Assembly (NCBI GenBank): GCA_045863295.1
Contig: BTWA01000016.1
Coordinates: 1 to 64,000 of the forward strand
Direction: 5' to 3'
Length of the DNA: 64,000 bases
DNA from: Candidatus Hydrogenedentota bacterium
Lineage (GTDB): Bacteria; Hydrogenedentota; Hydrogenedentia; Hydrogenedentales; SLHB01
In this document: positions 37,354 to 47,645 of the stretch, one piece after another
Layout: each line of letters opens with the position of its first letter
Numbering within the stretch: position 1 is the first letter of the stretch
The notes under the pieces: generated by a model
What the model was told of the DNA's origin: nothing
The model's database searches: none
What the model saw: only the letters and a program-made list of their open reading frames with translations
Made by a program: the position numbers and the translations under genes

Positions 37354-37414
37354 GACTCGAACCTACGACATGGTGGTTAACAGCCACCCGCTCTACCAAC
37401 TGAGCTACCGCGGA
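37339..37414 (-). tRNA. tRNA-Asn (GTT) with encoded CCA; island attachment site
   Basis: Reverse complement TCCGCGGTAGCTCAGTTGGTAGAGCGGGTGGCTGTTAACCACCATGTCGTAGGTTCGAGTCCTACCCGCGGAGCCA folds as a canonical 76-nt cloverleaf. Confidence 0.97.
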
Positions 37415-37573
37415 ACAGAATTAAATCCGAGCCCCTCCATTTCCAATGGAAAGAGGCGGATTCAGCGGCAAAGCGTAGCAAATGGCGGGGACTCCGTTCA
37501 ACTTTTGCCCGGCCCACGCGACTGGCTGACTCCCGGCACATATCCCGCTTGCCAGGACAGTACCTGGCCACGG

Positions 37574-40039
37574 CTACCTGGGCGTGAATCGAATCGACTG
37601 CCCGGGATCCGTACGCAGTTCCAAGAACTCACCAGCGAATTCGGCGATACTACCGCCGGTTTCCACGCGGGTACCCCCCTTCCAGGGGTTCACCATCCGC
37701 AGTGTCCCGCCTGCCTCGCTGATTACCTCCACTTCCTCCACTCGGCCCTCGGCACACGACGCGCTCACCAAGAACGCCCCCACAGCCCGAAGCGTGCGAA
37801 AGGCCGCCGGTTTGTCCAACGGCCAATTGGGGAACAACCGGATGGTCCCATTGTAGCTCTGCATCAGGCATTCGTTGATAACGACCGGCAATCCAAAATT
37901 CTCGAACCAGATTCCCATGGGCGCCATGAAGTCAAAAGCTGTCGTGTCTTCATACCGCCCATGCACCTGCAGCGCCATGTCCGTGCAGGTCCCGTTGGCC
38001 AACAGGCAGTAGTTGATCTGCCGCTTGAACCGCTCCAGATCAAGCATGCCGATCCGCGCCGCCTGAAGGTTCATGAATACCAACTCATTCCCGCCTTCGT
38101 TCTGCGTGTTGCGCCATGTATTGCCCAGAATCTCTGCCACTTCTCCAGTGGAATGTAAACCATGATCCTCCCCCGGAAACACCGTCATCAGGCTGTTCGG
38201 CGTGTTGTACACCACCTCCGAATGCTCGCCCGGCACCGAAACAAACACCTTCCCCGTGGGAGACTCCGCCGTCGGATAATCCGGAAAGTGGGCGAGTATG
38301 TCGCGTACGTCAGCAATCAATTCCCGCTCGCTCTCTTCGATTTCCAAAATGCGCGTTGCCTCCAGATACGCCTTCATCACAAACTTCGTCAGCGTCAGAT
38401 CCACCAGGCAATCGTAGTTGTACTTGAATCCAGGCTTCAGCCCGTACAATTCCGGCGGCACCGTCGGAAAGATGTGATACCGATCATCGCCCCAGCGTTC
38501 ACCCCGAGCCTCCGGACGCTTCATGTAATCCACGAGAAAAAGCACCGCGTCGCGAATCGGCGACAGAGCCCGCTCGCGCAGGAAGTCCTTATCCATGGTG
38601 TAAATGTAGTGCCACCACAAACCCTGCACCGTCCACGGCGTCTCGCAAATCTCCCAGCCCCATGTGGGCACCGGATACGGCGACATCGTCATCTCCACCG
38701 GATACGCCGAGTGCGGAAAGTAGGCACCCCGCAACCCGTAGTATTCCTGAGCCCACATCCGGCTCATCGGCAACAGCCGCTCCACAAGCTCCACATACGG
38801 CAGATTTTTCTCCACACGATTGCTGGAAAACGGCAGCCAGAAAGGCTGTTGCGTGTTGTAGTTCATGTGGTAGTCACCGTGCCACGCCGTGCCGATATTT
38901 CGGTAACTCCAGTTCGCAAACAAACCGGGGCAATTCACCCCGGCCTTGGCAGCGCAGTTGAGAAAGTAATGATTCCAATACCAGATGCGCTCCAGAAACG
39001 TGTCCTCCAGCGCAACGCCCGATCGCGACCAATACGATTTCCAGCTCGACGTCGACGCGTCACAAGCTGCCAGCCATGCCTCTTGCGAGGGATCAGGTGT
39101 TCCTGCAATCGCACCCCCCACGTCGGCGGCCAGCCCTTCATCCAGTTGAATGGCCGCCACCAGCGGTTCACGAAAGACCAACGTCCGCTCCAGCGGATCC
39201 ATCGGCTTTGGATTGCCTTCCCAGTTCAAGCGGACTTTCGAATCGGTCGGGCCGTTTACGGAAACTGACAACCGGAAAGCACGGTCCCTCGCATCGGGGT
39301 CGCCGGGTTGTTCGCCGTTCGGTTCGTTGCGCGGAAGCACTTGCCGGAACGCGACCACGCTTGAAGCGGTCTCGAGTACCTCGAACGAGGGCAGTGTTTG
39401 GGGAGTGTCCGGATCGGGTAGCAGGCGAATCCGGTTGAAACAGTTCGCAATGGGCTGGCCTTCTGCATCGACCAGGCGTATCCAAAGCCGGTCCGCCTGC
39501 TGGTCCGCGAACACGCGCAATTCCACCGGCGCTCCGTGCAAAAGCATCCGCACCGTGCAAACCCCGGTAGCAATATCAAGACGATGTCCCAACAGTTCCA
39601 CCTCCCGCCGATCGAACCCCAGCACAAGCGATCCGCATGGAAACGGGCGTGGATAAGGTTTTCGATAGTTCTCCTGCGCCATCTGCCGGTATTCGGCGTA
39701 CCACGGATCGGAGTCCAAGCCGGGCGCGGTCTCCGGAATCGCCGACACCTTTTCAAACACTTCCTGAAAGGTGCCAATCTTGTCCTTGTTGTCCTCGGCG
39801 ATTCGAATATCCCACACATTGTTGTGGCCAAAATGAACAACTACAGCGTCCGGCCGGGTAGTCACTACCGCGCCAAGCCCGCCATTGCCCAGCAATGCGC
39901 CGTCGAAGAAATTCGGACACGGACGGTCACTCGCTATGGGGTGCTGTGCCGCGCGTTCCGCAATGTCGTTTGGGACGGCAGGGGCCAATACAGCCGGCGC
40001 ATACACTACGAAAGCAATTGCCAGAACGCCATGGAACAT
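37574..40039 (-). CDS. GH95-like glycoside hydrolase (alpha-L-fucosidase-like), secreted
   Basis: Signal peptide; LLGNGGLGA, WHGDYHMNYNTQQ, ECLMQS, LFPNWP, FRTLRAVGAFLVSA. Confidence 0.8.
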   Translation of the reverse strand: MFHGVLAIAFVVYAPAVLAPAVPNDIAERAAQHPIASDRPCPNFFDGALLGNGGLGAVVTTRPDAVVVHFGHNNVWDIRIAEDNKDKIGTFQEVFEKVSAIPETAPGLDSDPWYAEYRQMAQENYRKPYPRPFPCGSLVLGFDRREVELLGHRLDIATGVCTVRMLLHGAPVELRVFADQQADRLWIRLVDAEGQPIANCFNRIRLLPDPDTPQTLPSFEVLETASSVVAFRQVLPRNEPNGEQPGDPDARDRAFRLSVSVNGPTDSKVRLNWEGNPKPMDPLERTLVFREPLVAAIQLDEGLAADVGGAIAGTPDPSQEAWLAACDASTSSWKSYWSRSGVALEDTFLERIWYWNHYFLNCAAKAGVNCPGLFANWSYRNIGTAWHGDYHMNYNTQQPFWLPFSSNRVEKNLPYVELVERLLPMSRMWAQEYYGLRGAYFPHSAYPVEMTMSPYPVPTWGWEICETPWTVQGLWWHYIYTMDKDFLRERALSPIRDAVLFLVDYMKRPEARGERWGDDRYHIFPTVPPELYGLKPGFKYNYDCLVDLTLTKFVMKAYLEATRILEIEESERELIADVRDILAHFPDYPTAESPTGKVFVSVPGEHSEVVYNTPNSLMTVFPGEDHGLHSTGEVAEILGNTWRNTQNEGGNELVFMNLQAARIGMLDLERFKRQINYCLLANGTCTDMALQVHGRYEDTTAFDFMAPMGIWFENFGLPVVINECLMQSYNGTIRLFPNWPLDKPAAFRTLRAVGAFLVSASCAEGRVEEVEVISEAGGTLRMVNPWKGGTRVETGGSIAEFAGEFLELRTDPGQSIRFTPR

Positions 40040-40301
40040 AGTACCCCCTTTGTCCGCTGGCCGGGCGGGCTACCCGTGGAATGCGGGAGGCTACATTTCC
40101 ACTTTCAGATCGATCGCCACGGGGGGCAACTGTCATTGTATCACGAGACCGCTTCGAGGAAATGCATGCCCTATCGGCAGGGCGAATTGGATACGGGAGG
40201 CTGGGTCAATGCGCGCTCACTCGAATCAAGTGCTGTTCACCGGCTTGCAGGCGAGCAGTCATGCTTTGGCAACAGGACGTGCGGATCGTTGTACGTATTT
40301 G

Positions 40302-42050
40302 ATGAGCGCCATTCCTCTGCCGAGAGTGGCTGCTGGGGTGGATTCTCCGGCAAACGTTTCAGCCCGGATCGCCCGAATCTCGATACCGGCTATCGCGGCT
40401 TTGATCCATGCATTCAGCGGAGGCGCAACCATTCACGCCGCCACGGACGCAGTACAAATCCTTCCCCCACCGGAAACCCGGCAAGGGCAAAGCGACGCCC
40501 CGATCGATACGACATCGGTATGGACAATGCTTCCGGATCCGTCTGCTACGACTGCCCTGAACCGCCAACAGAGAATTGACCTCGCCAAGCAAACTCTGCG
40601 GAAAGAGTGCCTCGCCCAACCCATGAAATCGGCAAGCCTCATCGCCATCAAGGGTTGGACCTATCTCGCCATGCTTGGCGATCAAGAGGGTAAAGCCCAA
40701 TTGATGGAGGTCGTTCGATCGCTCGATGACCACGCCCAAAACGCCAACTGGCACATGATTGTATACCTCGAGGACCAGACCGCGAACGAATATGTCAAAC
40801 AAATCATGGCCGATCCGGACCGTACCATGGACATCCGCGTACGTGCCACGCGATCTGTCCTGGGGGGCAGGTATTCACCCGGCGCGCCGGTTCAAGTTCC
40901 CGAAGGGATAGAAGCGCACTTCAGGCAGTTGGTCGTCCAATCCGGATTCAACCTAATGCCATTGCGCGAATTGAACGGCATGGCCACGGAATTGAGCCGG
41001 CCCTTTTTGGAAGAACTGGTGGAAGCAGGCGCGTTTCACGATCGCGACTCGCCCCATTCCCAGGGAATCGAACACTCCAGGCATTTTTCACGAATGAAAC
41101 GGATGGCGGGCCAGCCCGGGTTCGTCTGTGTTGTACAGGTAGCCCTGGAGGGATTGGGTCGCCTGGGGAACCCCGAATCGATTTCTCTCTTGCGTCAGGC
41201 GGCCCAAGTATCCCGTGCGCCGGGCATTCGACTGTCAGCCGTACAGGCGCTGAACGCAGTGGGAGACACGGGTTTCGCGCGAGATTTGATGCGCGATCGC
41301 GCCGCGCATGATCCGGACATCGCATACCGGATCGCTTATGCGCACGATCTCGCCGAGACGGGCGAACGTGCGTTCGTCCACCTGTTGCATGAAGCGACCC
41401 GGCATCCTGTCCGGCAGGTGAGATCGCTGTCGTATGAATACTTGTGTTCCCTCGGTGACGATTCATTTGTCGAACCCGCGACCCGGGATTTCGAGGCGAA
41501 TGGAGAGCCTGCGGGCTACTGGAAAATCTTGCATGCAGACCAGGCACGAATGGGATTCGCGCTGCAGGGCAACGACGGATTTATGAGCGACGTGTTGCAA
41601 CTGTACCTTTGCACTCTCGTACAAAGCGATCGCTCGCCGCATAGCGTTTTCATGGGCCTGAATGGAATTCTTAGCGGTTCAAACGATCAAGTGCGGGCCG
41701 TGCTGCCCTCGGCCTTGAACGTGCTCGAAGGGCCGCCTGTAACGATGCCGGAATCAGAACCTCCGGACAAAGACGCCCTTGTCGCATTTGAAACCCAATT
41801 GTGTAAGTTGCTCGTGCTTCTACGGACGGGAGACGCACAAGTACGCCAAAAGGCGATTGACTATATCGAAAACCTGTATGCGATCAACGCGGAGGGAGGG
41901 CAAACTGCCCTGTTCTATGCGCGCTGCGCACGCAACCCGGACCTCGCATCGTTCTTTGCACGGGTAATTCTAGAATCTCCCAACGCCGGTGACAGACTCA
42001 CCGCCGCGACGTGGCTGCTTGCGAATGAAGCAGGCGTGTTGCCAGAGTAA
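40302..42050 (+). CDS. HEAT-repeat-containing exported protein (start uncertain)
   Basis: Helical repeats ALEGLGRLG, IRLSAVQAL, QVRSLSYEYL. Confidence 0.6.
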   Translation: MSAIPLPRVAAGVDSPANVSARIARISIPAIAALIHAFSGGATIHAATDAVQILPPPETRQGQSDAPIDTTSVWTMLPDPSATTALNRQQRIDLAKQTLRKECLAQPMKSASLIAIKGWTYLAMLGDQEGKAQLMEVVRSLDDHAQNANWHMIVYLEDQTANEYVKQIMADPDRTMDIRVRATRSVLGGRYSPGAPVQVPEGIEAHFRQLVVQSGFNLMPLRELNGMATELSRPFLEELVEAGAFHDRDSPHSQGIEHSRHFSRMKRMAGQPGFVCVVQVALEGLGRLGNPESISLLRQAAQVSRAPGIRLSAVQALNAVGDTGFARDLMRDRAAHDPDIAYRIAYAHDLAETGERAFVHLLHEATRHPVRQVRSLSYEYLCSLGDDSFVEPATRDFEANGEPAGYWKILHADQARMGFALQGNDGFMSDVLQLYLCTLVQSDRSPHSVFMGLNGILSGSNDQVRAVLPSALNVLEGPPVTMPESEPPDKDALVAFETQLCKLLVLLRTGDAQVRQKAIDYIENLYAINAEGGQTALFYARCARNPDLASFFARVILESPNAGDRLTAATWLLANEAGVLPE

Positions 42051-42075
42051 TCCGCACGATAAAACGCATGCGCCT

Positions 42076-42864
42076 TCATCGCTTGAGTGCGCCCTCTATT
42101 TCGGCCAGCATCGTCCGCATTTCGCCCAATCGCGCTACGATGGCGTCCGTATCCGTGTGTATTTCCGCGCGCATTTCGTCTTTCGCGGATTCGAGATTGT
42201 TGATGACGATCGCGATAAACAAATTGACGATGACAAAAACCGCCAGCACCACGAAACTCACAAAGTACAACCACGCCCACGGCGTTGCCGCCATGGCCGC
42301 AGCCTGCAGTTCCACCCACCCTTCCAGCGTCAAAATTTGAAAAAGCGTCAGCACGGCAGAGCCCAATCCGCTCCAGTGTTCCGGATCGGCTTCGCGAAAA
42401 AGATGCACGCCAATCACGGCATACACATAGATGATCAATCCCAACAACAATAAAACATGGCCAAGGGAAGGAATGGATCGAAGCAAGGTGCCCACGATGA
42501 GCCGCAACTCGGGTACGGCGGATACAACACGCAACGCCCGCAATAGCCGGGCAAGCCGGGCAATGGTCGCCAACGAACCGGCGGCGGGCATCAGGGAGAG
42601 GGCCACTATCGCGAAGTCGAATACGTTCCACCCGTCGCGGAAAAAAGTGTAAAACCTCGGCGCATGCGCCATCAGTCGAATCGCGATTTCCACAATGAAA
42701 ACAAGCTGTACGGCTCCATTTAATACGGTAAACAGCCCCTCGTAGCGGGTCATCCAATCCGCGTTCGTTTCGATGCCAATAAGCACCGCATTGGCCACAA
42801 TGATGGCCAGCACCGTTCGTTGGAACGCGGCGTTCTCGGATAGTCGCCGGCAAGCTGCGATCAT
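42076..42864 (-). CDS. Bacterial voltage-gated cation channel (BacNav/Cav-like ion transporter)
   Basis: FFRDGWNVFDF, S4 RLARLLRALR, pore LFQILTLEGWVE, S6 NLFIAIVINN. Confidence 0.92.
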   Translation of the reverse strand: MIAACRRLSENAAFQRTVLAIIVANAVLIGIETNADWMTRYEGLFTVLNGAVQLVFIVEIAIRLMAHAPRFYTFFRDGWNVFDFAIVALSLMPAAGSLATIARLARLLRALRVVSAVPELRLIVGTLLRSIPSLGHVLLLLGLIIYVYAVIGVHLFREADPEHWSGLGSAVLTLFQILTLEGWVELQAAAMAATPWAWLYFVSFVVLAVFVIVNLFIAIVINNLESAKDEMRAEIHTDTDAIVARLGEMRTMLAEIEGALKR

Positions 42865-43158
42865 AGGCAAGCGCCTCCACGCGGTGTATACTGTCTCAAA
42901 ATTAGCCAGGTGCGGTTCTGATACTGCAATAACAATCCAGAGCAAGGCAAGCGACTCGAATCCGCCTCTCGAGTACGATGTACAACCCGGAGCGCGGTCC
43001 AAATAATTCCCAGGGAGGTACTCTATGGGTAATCACGTTGTCAGCGGTCCAGCCAGCGGCTTGGTGGCCGCGTTAACGATATTTGCCCTCAATGAAATTG
43101 CCGGCAAGAGCCGCATTCTTGTACATGGCGCCGGCATTGAAATCGACGCGGACCAACA

Positions 43159-44865
43159 ATGATGCAACTCCGGGCCAAGCCAGAAACTCGCGCCAACTCC
43201 CGGCACAGGTATGCTCACCGCATTTGTAGGCGGCCCATATTCTTGCACGGGGCGACAACATGCTCGGCCCTGATGTGCAGTTTGCTCTGCACTGTGGACG
43301 CCGAGCCGCCACCCCTGAATCTGGACTACGAGTCCTACCACATCGAATTGGATTCCGCTCCAATGCCGTTTGTAGACTGGGCGCTGGTCGATCCCGGTCA
43401 CGTTTCTTGGACCTTGCCCTCGGGCGAACCCGCGCCATTGAGCGGACTGCACGGACTTGACTCGCCGGACGAAGTGACGCCGGTCCCGGTAAACGAACCA
43501 TCTGGAATTCGAATTCAAGTGCAGGCTGCGGAGAAGCAGGGCCGATTCTTGGACTTGATGCCTGCAGAGTACCCGTGGGAACAGGGAAGGGTAAAAGCCG
43601 TCACGCTCGCGTACGATGACGATGCCTCGTGCTATCGCGTGTGGTATGAGTGCCGGGGCGGCTTGGGTTATGCGGATTCGCCCGATCTGAGAACTTGGCG
43701 TAAACCACCGCTTAATCCAACTCCGTTCGATGACGCAAAGGCATCCAACCTGGCTTACATTGCGAACAGCGACGAATGCGCCGCATCTGGCATGTTTCAG
43801 CACCCGGACTCGCTTCAGCCCGCCCAAGCGGGATCGATCCTGATCGATCCGTCGGCGGAGCCGGATAGGCGTTTCAAAACGACCGTTCTGGCAAGCGCGA
43901 TCCCGGATCGTCTGAACGAGTTCGCGCGCAAAACAGGCAAAATGCTTAGTTCGCGTGTGAGTCCTGTGTCCGCCAATGTCCTCTTCCCTGCATATTCCGC
44001 GGACGGGGTGGCATGGCATGTCGTACCTGAACCATGCCTCTTGCACGATGCAGACACGCAGACGGTCGTCCTTTTCGATCGGCGCACATCAAGTTATGTC
44101 ATGTACACACGCAACTGGACGTTGGGCCGACGCACCATCGGCAGAAGTATCTCGCAGGACTACTTCGATTTCCCTTTGCCGCAAACCGTACTTGCCCCGA
44201 CCGCTTACGAACAACCCTTCGTGGACTTCTATGTCAACGCTGCGGCATGGTACCCAAGCCGGCGCGATCTACAACTCCTGTTTGTTCTGGCATACGATCG
44301 CCACATCGACAGCGGCGCAATCCGGCTAGCGACCAGTCGCGACGGCATGTTCTGGGAATTCACCCCCGGGGATCCGGTTGTAGCGCCCGGATCGCCGTCT
44401 GAGTGGGACAGCCATTTTCCCATCTCTATACCGTCGCTCGTGCGCACGCCGGAAGGCGGCCTCCTGTTCCTTTACAACGGCTACAATCTGCCGCACAAGT
44501 TTCCGCGCACTGGATTCGTTGAAGGCGATCAAGGAATCGCCTACTGGAAAGCGGATCGCTTGGCCGCGCTCGAAGCGCCCGATAGGGGCACTTTCACAAC
44601 ACCGCGGCTCCGGCTGCGCGGGGAACGCCTGATCGTGAATGCGAGCACCGCGCGTAGCGGCTCGATTGAAATTGAAGTGCTCGACGAAAGGCTGGCGCCC
44701 GTGCCTGGTAGAACCTTTGCGGAATTTGACGCACTTGTCGGTGACAACGCGAATTTCACGGCAACATGGAAAGGCGAATCCGACTTGGCCGATTGGATGG
44801 ACCAATTTGTACATTTGCGCTTCCGAATGCGCGCCGCAAAGATTTATGCCATGCGGGCGGAATAA
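43159..44865 (+). CDS. Hypothetical five-bladed beta-propeller glycosidase-like protein
   Basis: Repeated Asp-box-like motifs (SPDLRTW, SADGVAW, SRDGMFW); C-terminal beta-sandwich. Confidence 0.65.
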   Translation: MMQLRAKPETRANSRHRYAHRICRRPIFLHGATTCSALMCSLLCTVDAEPPPLNLDYESYHIELDSAPMPFVDWALVDPGHVSWTLPSGEPAPLSGLHGLDSPDEVTPVPVNEPSGIRIQVQAAEKQGRFLDLMPAEYPWEQGRVKAVTLAYDDDASCYRVWYECRGGLGYADSPDLRTWRKPPLNPTPFDDAKASNLAYIANSDECAASGMFQHPDSLQPAQAGSILIDPSAEPDRRFKTTVLASAIPDRLNEFARKTGKMLSSRVSPVSANVLFPAYSADGVAWHVVPEPCLLHDADTQTVVLFDRRTSSYVMYTRNWTLGRRTIGRSISQDYFDFPLPQTVLAPTAYEQPFVDFYVNAAAWYPSRRDLQLLFVLAYDRHIDSGAIRLATSRDGMFWEFTPGDPVVAPGSPSEWDSHFPISIPSLVRTPEGGLLFLYNGYNLPHKFPRTGFVEGDQGIAYWKADRLAALEAPDRGTFTTPRLRLRGERLIVNASTARSGSIEIEVLDERLAPVPGRTFAEFDALVGDNANFTATWKGESDLADWMDQFVHLRFRMRAAKIYAMRAE

Positions 44866-44972
44866 TCGGCCTATCGTCCCCGTCACAAAGTGGCATTGCG
44901 ATTCCACCGCGTATATCATGCGGCACCCGTGCCCAAAAAAGGTCGGACGGTATCCTGGAGGCTTCACATTCG

Positions 44973-47633
44973 ATGGCTATTGTGCCGGGATCGCGGTTGG
45001 GGTCCTACGAGATTCGCGGCCTGCTTGGCGCGGGCGGCATGGGCGAAGTCTACCGTGCCGTCGACGAGAAACTGGGCCGTGAAGTCGCCATAAAAGTCTT
45101 GCCCGAGGCCTACTCCGCTGACCACGATCGGCAGGCTCGTTTCCAGCGCGAAGCCCGCGCACTCGCGCAACTCGACCACCCCGCCATAGGCGCCATCTAC
45201 GGATTCGAACAGGGCGAAGGGGCGCCGTATATTGTCATGCAACTGGTGGAAGGCGAAACCCTGGCAGAGAAAATCCGGCGCGGCGCGTTACCCATCCGGT
45301 TGACCCTGAGCCTCTTCGATCAAATCGCCGCCGCACTTGCATGCGCGCATGATCGCGGCATCATCCACCGCGATCTTAAACCCGCCAACATCAAAGTCAC
45401 CCCCGACGATATGCCCAAAATCCTGGACTTTGGCATTGCCAAAATTCTCGCGGGAGATCCGGTCGCCGTCTCCGACGCCGCCACGCAACTGTCCTCTCCC
45501 GATCGGATTCAGACAACACAGAGCGGCGTCATCTTGGGTACACCCGCATACATGAGCCCAGAACATGCCACAGGTAAGCCTGTCGACAAACGCGCAGATG
45601 TGTGGTCGTTCGGCTGTTGCCTGTTCGAGTGCCTGACCGGCAGGTTGCCGTTTAACGGAACCAACGCCTACGAAACGCTGGTTGAAGTTCTCAAGTCCGA
45701 TCCCGACTGGTCTGCGTTGCCCCAGGAAGTGCCGGAAGCGGTCATGGTTCTGCTGCATCGCTGCCTGCAGAAGGATCCAAAGGACCGGCTTCGCGACCTG
45801 TCCGACGGCGCATTGGAAATCCGGGATGCATTGAGAGGAGAAGGGCCCGGATCCCGCTCCGGCTCGTCCCGGGTCCGAATCGTGCAAAGTGCACCTGTCG
45901 TGACCCGTGTTCCCGTTCGACGCTTGTCCGTCAATCTTGATCCCGATGCGCCCGTCTCCCCACCCCGTGAATACCTCGATCCGGCCGTTGCCCTCTCACG
46001 CGATGGAACGCAGTTGGCCTACGTCGCCGTGATCGACGGAGTCCGGCACATCATGGTGCGGGCCTTCGACCAACTGCAAGCACGTTTGTTGCGAGGAACG
46101 GAACACGCCATCCGCCCCTGCTTCTCGCCCGACGGCCAATGGCTCTGCTTCGTCACTCTCCCTGACGGTTTTCTGCGAAAAGTACCGGTGCATGGCGGTA
46201 CGCCCATCACCCTACTTGAACTGAGCCACCCCATGGGACTGCATTGGATAAACGAATCCATCTATTTCATTTCGGAAATGCCGTCCGAAATAAGACGCGT
46301 GGCGGATTCCGGGGGAATTCCGGAACCGGTTCCAATTCCCGATGAAGGTACCGGTGGGTTTGTGTGCGGCTCGCCGTCCGTCTTGCCAGGCGAATGCGGC
46401 ATGCTCTATGCCACCGCATACGCGCCCGATCTGAATTTGACCCGCGTCATGGTTCTGGATTTCGCGGAGCGAAAGACGTCCGTGCTCGCGGATCGGGCTT
46501 TGCGGCCACTCTATTCTCCTTCGGGTCACGTTCTCTACTCCCAACAGGGCCGTGTCATGGCCGTGCCATTCGATCCACAGTCCATGCGCGCCACAGGCTC
46601 GCCCTTGCTGCTTCCTGAAGCACGAATCGCAGGTAGCCAATGGCCGGCCGTGCAGTTCGACGTCGCGGAAGACGGCACGCTCGTCTACGTGCCCATAGAC
46701 CGTCTGCAGGACACGCGCCAATCGCGAACGCTGGTCTGGCTCGATCGCAATGGCAAGGAAGAACCGTTGCATCAACCCCCAAGACCGTATGAATCGGTTC
46801 GCATATCCCCCGATGGAAGCAAGGCAGCCGTAAGCATTAAGGGCGACGTATGGATTATCGATCTCGGAAAAGGCGCCAACACCCGAGTCACGTTTGATCA
46901 GGCCAGCAACCAATACCCCGTGTGGTCGCCCGACGGCAATGACATCGCCTACTCAACGGCACAACGCGGAGGCTTTATGGTTTGCCGAAAACCGGCCGAC
47001 GGCACCGGCAATCGAATCGAGTTGACCGAGGACACCGGAATCTTTCATCCCCATGCATGGTCGCCCGACGGGCGCCATATCGCGCTGGTAGAATACGGCG
47101 CCAACCGCGGAATTCGAATCGCTCTGTGCCCGGCAGACGAAAAACGAGACTTGACGTACTGGTCGGATGTCGACGCTTTTGATCGGGCGCCTGCCGTCGC
47201 CCCCAATGGACGATTCATCGCCTATGTCAGCGGCGAATCCGGACGCGAAGAAATCTGCGTACAGTCGTTCCCGGATAGGGGCGGAAAGTGGCAGGTGTCG
47301 GAAGGCGGCGGCGTGGAACCCGTCTGGTCATCCGATGGAACCGAATTATTCTATCGCAACGAAAATGCTGTCATGCGGGTTGGCGTCAATTGCGATTCGC
47401 ACTTCTCCGCCTCATCGCCCGAAACCCTGTTCACATGGAGTTTCTTCGCGCCATCGTTCCGCGCCGCCACATACGACGTAGCAAAAGACGGCCAGCGGTT
47501 CCTAATGGTAAAGGAAACCGCGGCACCGTCCGCCGCAAATCCGGGCACGGAGTTAATCGTAGTCCAGAATTGGTTCATGGAACTCCAGCGAATGACGCCC
47601 GCGCAGAAGAGGACAACCGGATCACTCGGCTGA
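44973..47633 (+). CDS. Hanks-type Ser/Thr kinase with C-terminal TolB/PD40 beta-propellers
   Basis: LGAGGMGEVY, VAIK, HRDLKPAN, DFG, YMSPE; repeated P.WSPDG. GGAGG RBS. Confidence 0.93.
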   Translation: MAIVPGSRLGSYEIRGLLGAGGMGEVYRAVDEKLGREVAIKVLPEAYSADHDRQARFQREARALAQLDHPAIGAIYGFEQGEGAPYIVMQLVEGETLAEKIRRGALPIRLTLSLFDQIAAALACAHDRGIIHRDLKPANIKVTPDDMPKILDFGIAKILAGDPVAVSDAATQLSSPDRIQTTQSGVILGTPAYMSPEHATGKPVDKRADVWSFGCCLFECLTGRLPFNGTNAYETLVEVLKSDPDWSALPQEVPEAVMVLLHRCLQKDPKDRLRDLSDGALEIRDALRGEGPGSRSGSSRVRIVQSAPVVTRVPVRRLSVNLDPDAPVSPPREYLDPAVALSRDGTQLAYVAVIDGVRHIMVRAFDQLQARLLRGTEHAIRPCFSPDGQWLCFVTLPDGFLRKVPVHGGTPITLLELSHPMGLHWINESIYFISEMPSEIRRVADSGGIPEPVPIPDEGTGGFVCGSPSVLPGECGMLYATAYAPDLNLTRVMVLDFAERKTSVLADRALRPLYSPSGHVLYSQQGRVMAVPFDPQSMRATGSPLLLPEARIAGSQWPAVQFDVAEDGTLVYVPIDRLQDTRQSRTLVWLDRNGKEEPLHQPPRPYESVRISPDGSKAAVSIKGDVWIIDLGKGANTRVTFDQASNQYPVWSPDGNDIAYSTAQRGGFMVCRKPADGTGNRIELTEDTGIFHPHAWSPDGRHIALVEYGANRGIRIALCPADEKRDLTYWSDVDAFDRAPAVAPNGRFIAYVSGESGREEICVQSFPDRGGKWQVSEGGGVEPVWSSDGTELFYRNENAVMRVGVNCDSHFSASSPETLFTWSFFAPSFRAATYDVAKDGQRFLMVKETAAPSAANPGTELIVVQNWFMELQRMTPAQKRTTGSLG

Positions 47634-47645
47634 ACGCACGACTGT

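Larger units (their letters stand above)
1..37360. mobile_element. Composite defence island abutting tRNA-Asn (left end outside the window)
   Basis: Integrase at the tRNA 3' end, dense defence genes, IS remnant, compositional patchwork, and an abrupt change to metabolic genes beyond the tRNA. Confidence 0.85.

Noticed and set aside
37370..38158. 262-aa plus-strand ORF and other long antisense ORFs in the 38-64 kb region
   Set aside because: They overlap the tRNA or well-supported genes on the opposite strand; typical shadow ORFs of GC-rich DNA.
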